This document shows positions 44,385 to 59,329 of a stretch of DNA of 64,000 nucleotides, piece by piece (within the stretch, counting starts at the first letter, position 1; every line of letters begins with the position of its first letter). The notes beneath the pieces are model-generated. The model searched no databases, was not told the DNA's origin, and worked only from the letters and a program-made list of their open reading frames with translations. The stretch covers positions 230,206,001 through 230,270,000 of the forward strand of contig OZ024742.1 in NCBI GenBank assembly GCA_964016885.1. The letters are read 5' to 3'. A program made the translations under genes and the position numbers. This DNA is from Eledone cirrhosa (lineage: Eukaryota).

Positions 44385-44960
44385 TGATTGGCAGTATGGA
44401 TACAATGTCGGATAAAATGCTTTGTGGTATTTAGTGACGGCGTTCAAATCTCGCCAAGGTTCACATTGTGGCCAATGAAATAAAGTGCTATAGTGGCCAA
44501 TGAAATAAAGTGCTAGTTAAGTTCTGGAGTCAATATAATTAACATTCCAATCATCACACATTACTGGCGTTTGTATCTAAATTAGAAACCAAAAGGGGTG
44601 GTGGATTTGCGGAGTCGTTAGAGTATTGGAAAAAATGCTTAACCGTTTTTGTGTTGTGGCCTTTTACGTTCTGAGATCAAATCCGGCTAAGGTCAACATT
44701 ATGTCTCATTCTTCGATGTCGATACAATAAAATACTAGTTAAGGCCTGGGGTAGCTATGATCAAATTTCCTCGTCTCACAAATTGTTGGCCTTAGGAAGA
44801 AAAAATTATTTCGATTAAATCAGAGAGGGACATAATATAAGACGTGTAGAGGCAATTTGCAAATTTGAAATTGTCGGTATATTGAACATTTTTATCAGCT
44901 CTGTGCGTTCTGAATTCAAACTCCACCGTGGTCAATTTTGCCTGTAATCGCTTCAGAGAA
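44385..44960 (+). mobile_element. Run of three old, diverged SINE copies
   Basis: Repeated gattggcag...ttcaaat...ggtcaa...aataaa.tac blocks at about 44385, 44597 and 44865. Confidence 0.65.
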
Positions 44961-46054
44961 TATAATTAATATGCGAGTCTAGTGATAGGGCCAGATCGAT
45001 CTTTCTTTCGTCTACGCCAGGATGATGGAGGGATTGGTAGCAAAATAGCTGTTTGATATAAAATGAAAGATGAGATAGAAATAACACTCTGGACAATGTC
45101 TATGTATTTGGAATATTACATATTAAAAGAGAATTATGATGATTTATTGTCATTCAAATCAGGAAAAACACATAGCAATAATCCCTGCTTGCAGATCTCA
45201 ACGTCTGCATCAAAAGGGCTGCACGATGGCATGCAACGTCCAGTTTGATAACACCGGATGGCAACTGGCCACCTTAACTGTCAGATATGGCTTTTCTTCC
45301 GTCGGTGACCTATTGTCATGTCTTCATCAATTGGGTTCTTCACAAACCGCTGAACATACTGTAATCAGGGAACGCTAGGCGGCCTACGCAAATAGAACCA
45401 GCTTCGCCTCTGTCGTGTGGACATCCATCCCCTGCTCCCCTCTGCAAAAGATCAGACGGTATGATAATATTCTCGTTCTGCGTGGGTAGAACCCACATTT
45501 GGGATGCTACATGTTGTGACACCTTCTATAAACACAAAATAGTGCGTTCCCCAGGCCAAAGAGAGCAAATTGTCAAATCATCAACCTCTCTTTACTAAGT
45601 TTGCGGTTGTACCTGTGGCAGTAGATATTTCCAGCCTTCTTCGCTTCCAGACCACATCCCTTTTCATTGCTATCGTGGTACAGTTAGCTGACCACAGGTG
45701 CGAGCCTCCAAGGTGGGGTTGGCTGCTCCTGGGCGTCTCCCTCGCCGTCCTCCGAGGCAATGTCTTCTCTATTCTGTCGAACGGATCACAAGGTGATCAG
45801 AGAATTAAGTTTCGTTTATGGTGGTGGCATGTGGATTTGATTTAGTTCTATAAGCATAGATGCATACACATATATACATAAATAAATACATAATTGTGTA
45901 GCTGATTGTGAAATTCGTTTGTCAGACATGTTTTGAATTTAAAGTACATTGTCATATTCAAATGAAAACAATATATTATCTAAACCATTATGCCATTGAA
46001 TGCATATTCATTTAAATATACCGAGAAATGGTATAGACAGCATGCTACTGAAAC

Positions 46055-46129
<75 letters not shown>

Positions 46130-46256
46130 GAACAGATTAAAGTTTTTAAAAAATCATCGGTTTTCTCCCTTATATATAATCCTCATCGAGCCCTCTTCCC
46201 TTTTTAGTCTTCATATTTATTACTATATATATATATTACTATATATATATATTACT

Positions 46257-46291
<35 letters not shown>

Positions 46292-47125
46292 CATACACAC
46301 ACACACGCACATATATATATATGTACAATATGTGTGTGCGGTGTATGTGTGTGATGTGAGATGTGCGTGGTGTGCGTGTATGGTCTGTGTGTGTGTTGAA
46401 GGTATGTGTTGTACATTTTATTTGGAACAACCAAGTTCCTTGGTTCATAATTTTTTAACGGTTTCAGTCCCTCACCATCTCTTCATTAGAAATGCTATTT
46501 GTTCGTTTTTCCTGTTTCTATTATAGGCACATATTTTTTATTCACTTACCTGCATATAAAAAGGACTGTTCCTCATATATAAGAAAATATATACGTGCAT
46601 ATGCTTATACGTTATCACTTACACTTGGAGGGGTATTCGACAATGTCTTGGCGAAATACGTAATTCAAGGGAGATGCAGCTGTTATATCTACCATATATA
46701 ACTACCATGTCATTGGCACATATATACATAATAAAGTTATTTGTGATTTGTCTACTATTTCTTGTAGGCTTCGTTGCAATATAGAGTTCTCTATCATGTA
46801 GATACACGCACCCAATAAGCTCTGATGTTAAGATGATTTAGATAGTGTTACTCTCAGGTCGAGATACTCTCAACTCCTGTCAATACAAATCGCAAACTAT
46901 TTCATTTCCTATTTTCTGAATGTTTTTCAGACTTGATATTAAGTGTTTCTGGTGGTGTGTTGTCTTCGTGAGCTTCAATTCCTGTTGCTATTCATAAAAC
47001 CTGTGGTTCTTGCATTAAAACACCCGATAAACCTATTAGATGCATTCTCCTAGCTGGCCAAATAAACCAACTAAATGAGAGCTGTAAATTCAATTTGTTT
47101 TCAACCAGCCCTTAGGTGCCATTGA

Positions 47126-47884
47126 CAGACCTGTCAACTCGTCTTATCTTTGGGGTGGGTGAGAGGTCTTCTTTTGTGAAAACGGATATAACTTTCCTTA
47201 TGTAAAATACTCCCTACTTTGCCTCATTTCTCCCCGTTCTGGGACAAATTTGTTTATAGTACTCAACGTTTAGGTTGTAGAACTTGGCAGGTCTTCATTA
47301 AACTTTATATTCGACAACACACAATATTTGGGAAGTGAAATTGTTGTGTGTCACAACTAAAATTAGAGGGTCAGCCAGCCATAAACGATGAGAACCGACT
47401 TTGCATGCGCAACCACGTACCTATCACTATTCTATCAACTTTTATACGCACGATATCATCTGAATGATCATAAGGACATATCTCGTATGTTGCATGCGTT
47501 AAATCGCGAGCAATGATGGATTGAACAGGAAGTGTTCTCCTATAAATAAATATATTTATATATGCACATTTTTCGATTTACACACGCAATTGTATAAATA
47601 CATCCCATCTCACTCTCTCCATTTTATATTCTTTTATTTTAGTTGTTTCAGACTGTGGTTATGCTCAGGCACTACCTTTATTTAGTCGATCACACCAACC
47701 TCAAACCTGACAATCTCTAAAAACCCAAACGGGGATTATCATGAAAAAAAGTGTAGAAATGAGGCAAAATGGGTAGATTTTACATAGTGAAAGCTATGTC
47801 CATTTTTATAAGAGAAGACATTTCTCACCCTCCCCAAAGTGGGTAGGAGATCTCCCCGTCGGACGAAGAGAGTTAACACATCTG
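47126..47884. mobile_element. Old MITE / non-autonomous DNA transposon with ~110-150 bp degenerate TIRs
   Basis: cagacctgtcaactc...tttgcctcatttct (47126-47231) versus agaaatgaggcaaa...gagttaacacatctg (47755-47884). Confidence 0.65.
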
Positions 47885-48089
47885 CAACTTGGTACTTATT
47901 TCAGTTATCAATTTTGTTGAACCTCGAGTTTATACCACAAAAAAAAAACAACAACAATAAAACACAGAACGTAGTCAGATACACATACACACATGTACGT
48001 AATTCGACACACACACATATATGTAAATATCACGTGATTGAACATTGAAATGAAGTAGTAACTTCGCTGTAATATTTTATTACAGAAAT

Positions 48090-48274
48090 AAATAGGGCGG
48101 TGGATTGGCGGTAGAGGGTCGGACGCCATGCTGTGGCGCATAGAGTTACGACCCTTGCCATTCTGAGTTCAAATCCCACCGAGGTTAACTTTGCTTTTCA
48201 TCCTTACAGGGTCGATAAAATAAAGTACCAGTAATGTACTGAGTAATTGCTGGCCTTGTGCCAATAGTAGAAAC
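48090..48274 (+). mobile_element. tRNA-derived SINE with 19-bp TSD
   Basis: aatattttattacagaaat at 48071-48089 and 48275-48293. Confidence 0.92.
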
Positions 48275-48693
48275 AATATTTTATTACAGAAATTAGTCTA
48301 ACAACAGCGTAAAATGTAGAAAATGGACATAACATGGTACCCTTCGTCCCTTTAATGGAAATCAGTTGGCAGGCAGTGAGATAAATTTCTGGCACCAAGT
48401 AATGGCTGACAAATCTAAAGTGAAGTTTTTATGAATATTTAAAATATTAAATTGAACCAGCAACGCAGGAATTGTTTTAGTTGCAACACACAGTGTCACA
48501 TCCTATCATTTGCCAGATAACTACAACTCTAAACATTCTATGTATATGTATGTATATATGTACGCACGTATTAAGTATGTATGTATGTATGTATCTATGC
48601 ATGCACACATATATATATTCACACAGATATATTATATATATATATATATAATATATATATATTATATATATACATATATAGTAATAATAATAA

Positions 48694-48880
48694 TTGTTTC
48701 TACTTTAGGCACAAGGCCAGCTATTACCCAGTGCATTACTGGTACTCTATTTTATCGACCCCGTAAGGATGAAAGGCAAAGTCAACCTCGGCGGGATTTG
48801 AACTCAGATCGTAAAGGGACGTAACTATGCTGGAAAGCATGGCGTCCGACCCTCTACCGATACTGCCAATCCACCGCTGT
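48694..48880 (-). mobile_element. tRNA-derived SINE, full length
   Basis: Reverse complement of the SINE consensus; atagtaataataataat on both sides. Confidence 0.9.
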
Positions 48881-49331
48881 CATAGTAATAATAATAATAA
48901 TGGTAATGTAGTTCCTGTATGTTTCTTTGTTTGTTCACCAACTACTCCTATGGTTTTGGAGATAGACCCCCATAACCATATATATTCTGAAACTACATTG
49001 CCTGGATACTTGGATAAGTATATTTCATTTTAATCAAAGGGTTTCCCGGGGGCACAAACCCTGCTGAACATGTTTTCCCTTCGATTTATATGAAATTTGA
49101 ACTATAGGTAAATGATATAATGCCTATTCACAAAACTTCAATAATTTTCAATAATATTAAGACACCCTAATATGGTTTAAACACCGTATAGTGAACATTT
49201 TGGAAGCCCATGATTGAGTATTGGGACCTCTATTATCACGCAGCAAAGCGCGGGTTATTTGGGTAGCGTATATATATATATATTATATATAGAGAGAGAG
49301 AGAGAGAAAGAGAGAGATGTATATATATATA

Positions 49332-50434
49332 TTGGCACCCTTAACTCACAGTTGGGTGCGGATGCATTCATGTATATATGTGTGTGTCCGCATGTATCTG
49401 TGTGTTTCTAAATATATTGTTAATAACTCCCTCTGGTCGAGCAATCTTTGAAGTGTGGGGACAACTGGAAAGCTTCCATTACTCATACTTCTAGCCTTCT
49501 TCACCACCTCTTCTGCGGCCTCGATATGAATACCCCCTCCGCCTCCGTGGTATTTTCTTCGTGGTTATAAGAGGCTTAGCTCTGTTTCTCGACCGTTATA
49601 TCGCGTGACTATCTCCCCCTCCGCCTTTTGGGATTCTTTCTCACGTCGTGTAGACGCGTTCTTGAGACTAGTAAAATGAGGTATCCTCTTGATAAGTCGT
49701 CAGACCTCGCAGGGACTCTATGTCTTTATGATATATTGTTTTTGTTTATGCCACGAAACTACGTAGTCGAGGAATTTAGGAGCAGTTTAGGTATGATACA
49801 TTTTATTACTAATTATATCTAAATGTTTCTTCTCTCTTCATAATGTATTTTTAACTCTGATACTGGTTCAGTCTAGTTCAACTGAATTGGTATGTCACGG
49901 TCATTCATTGAGCAACATCGGTGAAGTTGGCACCCTTAACTCACAGTTGGGTGCGGATGCATTCATGTATATATGTGTGTGTCCGCATGTATCTGTGTGT
50001 TTCTAAATATATTGTTAATAACTCCCTCTGGTCGAGCAATCTTTGAAGTGTGGGGACAACTGGAAAGCTTCCATTACTCATACTTCTAGCCTTCTTCACC
50101 ACCTCTTCTGCGGCCTCGATATGAATACCCCCTCCGCCTCCGTGGTATTTTCTTCGTGGTTATAAGAGGCTTAGCTCTGTTTCTCGACCGTTATATCGCG
50201 TGACTATCTCCCCCTACGCCTTTTGGGATTCTTTCTCACGTCGTGTAGACGCGTTCGTGAGACTAGTAAAATGAGGTATCCTCTTGATAAGTCGGCAGAC
50301 CTCGCAGGGACTCTATGTCTTTATGATATATTGTTTTTGTTTATGCCACGAAACTACGTAGTCGAGGAATTTAGGAGCAGTTTAGGTATGATACATTTTA
50401 TTACTAATTATATCTAAATGTTTCTTCTCTCTTC

Positions 50435-50438
<4 letters not shown>
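49332..50438 (+). mobile_element. Tandem 595-bp hammerhead-bearing repeat (family F), ~1.9 units
   Basis: 49332-49843 is nearly identical to 49927-50438; (TA)n on both sides. Confidence 0.9.
50279..50368 (+). ncRNA. Hammerhead motif with U3-A8 core variant (family F); second copy at 49684-49773
   Basis: UCCUC-UUGAUAA-GU(C)GGCA...UGCCAC-GAAA-CUACGUAG-UC^-GAGGA. Confidence 0.7.
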
Positions 50439-50502
<64 letters not shown>

Positions 50503-50505
<3 letters not shown>

Positions 50506-51618
50506 AAGAACTCCGTCATCCCATCAGGTGTAATGACTTGGGCTTTGGTGTTGGTGTAGAGCAGTGATATCAGGTCCACTATCTTCTTGGGGATTCCATA
50601 AGCCAGTAAGATCTTCATCAGGCAGTGACGGTCCACAGAATCGAAGGCCTTCCTAAAGTCAATGAAAACCATGAGTGCAGGATGGCAATTTGCTCTAGCT
50701 CCCTCTAGTATGCTCCTCAGCATCAGGATCTGACTACCTAACTTTTTATCATCGTTGTGAACTATTGTATGCGCCTTGCATTGGAGAAACACCAGGACTC
50801 TGGCTTTACTGTAGCACCGGCTCAGAGCAGGAGAGTTAAGGCGAAAAAGGTATCGGATGTTGAATTTGCCGACGACATAGTTTTGGTGACAAATACAGTG
50901 AAGGAGGCAGAGGATTTGATGCAGGAAGTTGAGACTGTGTCGATGAGTGTGAGGCTGAGAATGAATGAAATTAAGACAAAATATCTGGTAGAGAATGTTG
51001 AGAAGCAAGAGGGGAATACTAAAGTAGGCGGGAAGCCACTAGAGTTGGTTGAGGACTTCCTGTATTTGGGAGAAAAGGTGGAAATACGGAAGATGATGTG
51101 GTCGAGAGGAAGAGCAGAGCCTGGGCAGCGTGCCACAGCTTGAGATCTGTGTGGAAGTCGGACCTTCGTAAAGACCTGAAGATCCGCCTCTTCATTGCTG
51201 TAGTGGAGTCTGTGCTGCTGTATGGGTCTGAGACTTGGACACTGACCAAGAAACTCACTCAGATGGTGGATGGGTGCTACACGAGAATGCTGAGGATGGC
51301 TCTGAACATTAATCAGTATACACTGAGGATCAAAAATTCAGAGCTGTATGGGAGCCTCCCAAAAGTCAGCTCAAAGTGACACAGAGGAGACTGAGGTTAG
51401 CTGGACATGCTCACCGACATCCAGAGTTGACACTGCCCTCCTGCTCCGGTGGGAGCCCCTGCATGGACACACTAGAAGTGGAAGACCAAGGTAACATATG
51501 TTGATGCGCTAAGGACGGACACTGGTCTGTTGGAGACGCAAGACATGGAGGCAATGATGGGGAACAGAGACCGCTGGAGAGAAATCGTCCATGGATCTCG
51601 GGAATTTTTACCCGCCCT
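50503..51618 (+). mobile_element. RTE-like LINE 3' fragment with an inverted 5' segment
   Basis: 50503-50736 encodes FIDFRKAFDSVDR...GIPKK on the minus strand. From about 50737 the plus strand continues FIIVVNY...DVEFADDIVL...ESVLLYGSETW...LRLAGH. (TA)n flanks. Confidence 0.9.
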
Positions 51619-51769
51619 ATATACATATATATATATATGTGTGTAGGAGGTGAGTTTTATTGTAGTACAATAAAGCAATGCAGATATCGGATAAGAAGCA
51701 CTCTACAGTTTGTAGGACTGGAGTATACATAATATATAAGATCAAAAGATGGTTAAAAGAGTTCCATGT

Positions 51770-51838
51770 ATTTTATTATGCGCATTTCAAAAACAAATAT
51801 CATCATGCAATAATATTTGTGTTTTCATCAGATGAAAT
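51770..51838 (-). ncRNA. Hammerhead motif in the family G pseudo-LTR
   Basis: Minus strand AUUUCAU-CUGAUGA-[~16-bp stem II, loop GCAU]-GAAA-UGCGCA-UA^-AUAAAAU; palindromic stem III. Confidence 0.72.
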
Positions 51839-52200
51839 GGGACAACATGATATGAAGGTTAAAAAACACTTGTGAATAGTGCAGTTTTGAATCAACATAT
51901 GAAAAGTAGTTTTAGATTGATGTGTGATATTGGGAAAAAATTCTTTTGAGGGGAGGGGAGGTTAGAAAGGATGATAAAGAGGAGGAGATGAGAGTAAAAA
52001 GTGGAGGGGGAGGAGTATAATGAGGAAGGATGAGATAGGAGGAGAGATGGGTGATAGAGAGAGAGAGATAGCTTTTATAACTGAGAAAAATATATTGTTT
52101 TACATAGAGAGGTTGAAAAACCGTTGGAAGATAATGTATAAATTAAAATAATTTGAAAATTAACGAAGAAAAAAATAATGTAAAGTTAAGGTTTGTATAT

Positions 52201-52370
52201 TGAAGGGTTTAATAATATGTGCGATGAAAAGAAAATGTTAATATGTATTAAGAATAATATTTAAGGGTTTAATAATATGTGCGATGGAAAGAAAATGTTA
52301 ATATGTATTAAGAATAATATTTAAGGGTTTAATAATATGTGCGATGGAAAGAAAATGTTGATATGTATTA
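52201..52370. repeat. 60-bp tandem repeat (~2.8 units) within the PLE 3' UTR
   Basis: Lines 52201, 52261 and 52321 are near identical. Confidence 0.95.
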
Positions 52371-53753
52371 TTAAAAAAAACAAAAGTAATGTAAGTAAGG
52401 ATATATTGTGAGATGAGCATGGGTAAGTTAGATGAAAGGGAGAAAAAATAATGAATAGAGGATGAATAAACTAACGTGAAAAAAATGTGTTTATGTTTAC
52501 GAAGGATTTTTTCAAGGTGATATGAGGTAAGAATATATTGTATTGGGTAATAATTGTTTCTATGTTAGGCACAGTGAGAAAAGGTACAGATTAGGGGTTA
52601 GAAATTAAAAGAAAAAGAAAAGAAAAGGAAAAGGAAGAAAGGGAAGTGATAAATAGGAGTGATATAGAATGAGTAACAAGTATTATATAATGTATAATAA
52701 ATAACTTTGAAATAAGGTAGAAAGATGGGTATATTTTTAAAGAAGTATATATATATATATATGTGTGCCTTTGAGAAAAGGATTCTAAATTGATAAAGTA
52801 TTGGATATTAGCTGTATACTCTGTGGAATGTTCTGTGGAATTTATGCAAGCAGAGAGAAAACAAGTCAGTGCGTCTATTTATTATAGAATCTAAATAAGA
52901 TATAATGGTAAATTTTTCATTTAGACAGAGATTGCAAGTCTTGGATAGAGAACTGTTCAGAAGCAGAAGAAACCTTTTTCCAAGAGATGTTATATTTAAT
53001 ATTTTTTGTCTTTCAAGGACCATATGAGTTCTGAGAGAGCCGTGTTGGTTCTTTTAAGTTGGTATTTAAAAGACGAATGATGATTATAAAGACGAGCTTT
53101 AAAGGAGGTGGAAGTGGAGCCAAAATAGGTGAAGGAATCGGTGTCAGTTATAACTTTACATTCGTAGATTAAGTTTTTATCAAGACAAAGGTTGTTGAGA
53201 GGACATTTATTTTTAACAGGGCAATTGCAATTGCGATTAGAGAGATTATTAACGAGTGACCTAGTGTTATCTATAGAAGGAATTGGATTGGAGAGGTTAT
53301 TTGCGATAGGAATAATAGTTTCTTGATTTAGAATGGGATTAAGAACATTTAGCGAAGTTGTGTTTGACGTTGTATTTGGGTTTGCAGAAATTAGCCTAGA
53401 GTTTACAATGACGTCGGGAGTACTATTACTATTATTATGATATTCAGTGTTGGAAGGAAGAGATTTAGTATTTAGTATTTTATTGTTGTGTTTAGAGATA
53501 ATGTTGGAAATGTTGGAGGATGTCGAATAGGGAAATTTTATAGTGTGTTTGTTAAATATTTTACTATAGATATGTGAGGGAGGGAAGCATTTATTTAAGG
53601 CACTAAAGAATAATTTATGAATATTATTATTAATAGAGATCGAGAAAGGAGCATTATACCAGATTATGTTTTTGTATCTAGGTCTTTTATTAAAGTTATT
53701 GGAATGATCATGATTAATTATTCTACTGTGAGATCTTCTAGAATTTGTTTCTT

Positions 53754-53833
<80 letters not shown>

Positions 53834-53844
53834 TTACCATTACA

Positions 53845-53962
<118 letters not shown>

Positions 53963-54228
53963 TGTAATGGTAACTCAATGTCCATGGTAGCCAGAGATGT
54001 GGGTTCGTGTTTCATGTAAGTCAATCCTCTTTCATTTTTCCATTTCTAGGTCTTTTTATAACTCCAAATTATTAGGCTAATTTACTTAGTCAAATATGAA
54101 ACAGTGGCAATATTTTAACTATCGAATTTCACTTTCTCCCTCAAATTCTCCGATCTTTGTAAACAAAAGCTGAAAAAGCTTTGTATCTTATATACATATA
54201 CGTATATATATATATATATATATATATA

Positions 54229-55424
<1,196 letters not shown>

Positions 55425-55427
<3 letters not shown>

Positions 55428-55722
55428 AAATTAAAAAATGGTTAGGAGGTGAGTTTTATCGTAGCACAATAAAGTAATGCAAATATCGGATATGTAGCAC
55501 TCAACAGTTTATTGGACTGGAGTATATATAAGAAGAAATTAAAAGATGGTTAAAATTTCCCATATATTTTATTATGCGCATTTCAAAAACAAATATCATC
55601 CTGGGACGATAGTTGTTTTTGAAATGCGCATAATAAAATATATGGAACTTTTTTAACCATCTTTTAATTTCTTCTTATATATACTCCAGTCCAATAAACT
55701 GTTGAGTGCTACATATCCGATA
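55425..55722. mobile_element. Fold-back derivative of the family G pseudo-LTR
   Basis: 55444-55600 matches 51645-51803 and is then inverted about 55601-55603 (arms ~118 bp). Confidence 0.88.
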
Positions 55723-55946
55723 AAATCAGATAAAATAAGGTAAACATGATACGTTATGGATCCTGATGATTTCTAAAGAATGAAACAGTTCTAGTCCTGT
55801 AGAATCTCATCTATATTAAAACTGATATACTCTGCTTTCTATTGAGTACCTTACTTACTGTGGTTACCTCCGATTCAACCCGGAATAACTTACCTATATA
55901 TATATATATGTACATGTATGTATGTATTTACACACACACACACACA

Positions 55947-56065
<119 letters not shown>

Positions 56066-56345
56066 GTGCCGAGATATTCGTATCGATTTGTTAAATCATA
56101 TTTATATGTACACGTGTGTGTGTGTGTCTGTGTGTGTGTATCAGAGTAAAATATAAACAGGACTAACAAAGCAACTCACACAGTAGAATGCAGAAATATA
56201 TTAGTGTTATGCTTCATATAGTAGGACAAATAAGTGTGTAATTCTGCCTGTTTGTATAATTATGTATACCTTTATGTGTAGATCTGTTCCACTTCATTTA
56301 TAGCATTGTTCTGTTTTCTGTAAACTAATCAATGATATTTTGCAA

Positions 56346-56418
<73 letters not shown>

Positions 56419-56420
56419 CC

Positions 56421-56507
56421 TCTTTTCCTATTACCCACTCTACTACCCATAGTATCGAGTACTCTGGTGCGTTATGGTCCACCTGGTTCCTTACCACACT
56501 TCCTTCG

Positions 56508-56510
<3 letters not shown>
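56421..56510 (+). repeat. Terminal fragment of family J
   Basis: Reverse complement of 59328-59412. Confidence 0.8.
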
Positions 56511-56558
<48 letters not shown>

Positions 56559-56561
<3 letters not shown>

Positions 56562-56755
56562 AAAAGAATGAAACGAAATTTCATTTCTCACTCTTAGTAC
56601 GGCTGATACTTAAATGTAAATATGTATGTATACGTACATACATATATGTATACATCTGTAGTATGTATATACATACATGCACACATATATAATATGTGTA
56701 CGTATGGGTTTACCGAACATTTGTTATAATGTTCAGTTTGTTTGTAAACAAACAT
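56559..56755 (-). repeat. Terminal fragment of family B
   Basis: ggaaaagaatgaaacgaaatttcatttctcactcttagtacggctg directly after (TA)n. Confidence 0.85.
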
Positions 56756-56816
56756 ATATATTATATGTGTTATATATATATATATATATATACATACATA
56801 TGTTTATATATATGTA

Positions 56817-56876
<60 letters not shown>

Positions 56877-56951
56877 TTATATATATATATACACACATAT
56901 GTTTATATATATGTATATATATATATATATATATACATACATATGTTTATA

Positions 56952-57043
<92 letters not shown>

Positions 57044-57086
57044 TTATATATATATATACATACATATGTTTATATATATATATATA

Positions 57087-57640
57087 ACAAATAAAATAAC
57101 AGGAGGCTGGACTGGTGTAAATCCTTGAAAAGTTTATTATGCTATGATGATTTCAAGGACCGGGTTCCGTATGAATCCGGTGATATCATCAGGTATTCGA
57201 AATATAACAAAGGAATATATAAAAGTCATGGGTCCGAAAATCAGAGACAGAGAGGATGACTGACCAACTAGCTGCTTTCACCTCGGTCAGTCGCCCTCAA
57301 GGTGAAAGCAGCTAGTTGGTCAGTCGTCCTCTCTGTCTCTGATTTTCGGACCCATGGTTCTTTACATATTCCTTTGTTATATTTCGAATACCTGATGATA
57401 TCACCGGATTCATACGGAACCCGGTCATTGAAATGATCATAGCATAATAAACTTTTCAAGGATTTACACCAGTCCAGCCTCCTGTTATTTTATTTGTAAT
57501 AATTAACTCCGTATTAGCACCACCAACTACACAAACGAAGACGGGTGAACTGCACTACGTTGAGTACTCTCCATAATATTACATCAAGATTGACCATACG
57601 GAATGACCAATTCTATCCAGTGGTGAACCAACAAACTAAA
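57087..57640. mobile_element. Fold-back element family I (~197-bp arms) with a degenerate hammerhead
   Basis: 57087-57283 versus 57300-57497; CUGAUGA...ACCGG/CCGGU...GAAA-UGAUCA-UA at about 57392-57441; (TA)n flanks. Confidence 0.85.
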
Positions 57641-57707
57641 TAAATATATATATATATATATATATATACATACTCGTATATTTATGAGTATATGTATATA
57701 TATATAT

Positions 57708-57740
<33 letters not shown>

Positions 57741-57841
57741 AAGAGAGAGAGGGAGGGAGAGAGTGAGAGAGAGAGAGAGAGATATCCGCATGTGTATATA
57801 ATGTAACCCATGTGCAACCACGCAGCACTCAATTCTGCTCA

Positions 57842-57896
<55 letters not shown>

Positions 57897-58597
57897 CTAT
57901 ATAACTGCTCTGTAGAACAACTGATGTTATTACATTGAGCTATTTATCTTACTGGTAATAAGGTAGTAAGAAATTACTGACTTACACTGTGTAGGGTTTA
58001 AAATATATATAACTATAAAAAGTTTTAGTATATACATAACCATAAATAGTATCCTTAATACTATATATATATATATATATGTATCTATGTATACGTATAT
58101 AAATTCATTACGTAGTGTGATAACAAGCAATCACGAAACTCTCACAACCAACAGATATATATTCGTAATACAATAAACATTATACTTTTCGAACATTGTT
58201 TTTACAATTCTAAATCTACGTCTGTGTCCGTCTTCATGAGTCTACTAAACACCTCTCTCTCTCTCTTTCTGTCTATTTTTTCTTTCCATCCCCCCTCTCT
58301 TTCTTTCTCCCTCTCCCTCTCTCCCCCTCTCTCTCTCTCTCTCTTTCTCTCTGAATGTATATATGTATATATATGTATATACTCCTGTGTTGTTTTTTTA
58401 CATTCCCAGATATATATATAGATATAGATATCCAAAATTAAATTAAAGGTGTCATGTTTGACAGACATGCGCCATATCCTAGCTCGGTGTGCTTACACAC
58501 TTTACAAATTACTCCCTGTGATTGTTTCATATGTTTATATATATATATGTCAATCAATTTCTAGTTGATATGAATATATATATATATATATATATAA

Positions 58598-58771
58598 AAC
58601 AAAGAAAGTGTGGTAAGAAACCAGATGGACCATAACGCATCAGAGTACTCAATACTTAGGGTAGTTGAGTGTGTAATAGGAAAGGAATCAGGATCCTGAC
58701 GGCTGAGCTCCGGCCGTTCGGATCTAGCTGTCAAAACGGCCGGAGCTCAGCCGTCGGGGTCCTGACTCTTT
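58598..58771. mobile_element. Fold-back element family J, copy 1
   Basis: Arms 58681-58718 and 58735-58771; homologous to 59328-59517. Confidence 0.85.
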
Positions 58772-58916
58772 CTCTCTCTCTATATATATATATATATAAC
58801 CAAAGATTAATATGGTTCGTTGATTAATCAAAGAATACAAATTTACAATAGATTAGAAGCACTCGACATGTTATTTTCCTGGAGTGTTTAATATTATTCA
58901 AAATATTTACATTTTG

Positions 58917-58973
<57 letters not shown>

Positions 58974-59057
58974 AGGAATATACTCAGGTATCTCCTAAAG
59001 TTTGTTGAGTGAGTTGGAATTTGGCCGGAGTATCGCTCTTAGCTTTCTCCGATTATG

Positions 59058-59112
<55 letters not shown>

Positions 59113-59294
59113 TTCCAAAGAAGACGGTCTGATCGAACTATATATATGAGATCTAATAGTATACAGTTATATAATTGCTATAGGTCAGACAATACGTCAG
59201 TATAACCGACCCTCCGAAACGATCGTAAAACAATGATATGAATAGGTAGAATAACTTGACTTTGTTGTTTTTATTTTCATTGTTAATTTAATAC

Positions 59295-59327
<33 letters not shown>

Positions 59328-59329
<2 letters not shown>

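Larger units (their letters stand above)
51645..53755 (-). mobile_element. Penelope-like family G: GIY-YIG region plus long 3' UTR/pseudo-LTR, 5'-truncated
   Basis: [21 protein letters not shown]...[14 protein letters not shown]...[16 protein letters not shown], then a frameshift to CNLCLNEK...RRTDLFSLCLH (52808-53023). Confidence 0.88.

Noticed and set aside
42920-45830. GC-richer patches (about 42920-43600 and 45140-45830) as genes
   Set aside because: Short ORFs without motifs; probably decayed transposon sequence, but not assignable by eye.
49628-50417. Duplicated 64-aa ORFs as small genes
   Set aside because: TTG-start ORFs inside the 595-bp tandem unit, overlapping the ribozyme motif, with no coding evidence.
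50433-51008. 191-aa minus-strand ORF
   Set aside because: It reads across the inversion junction; only 50503-50736 is real RT sequence.
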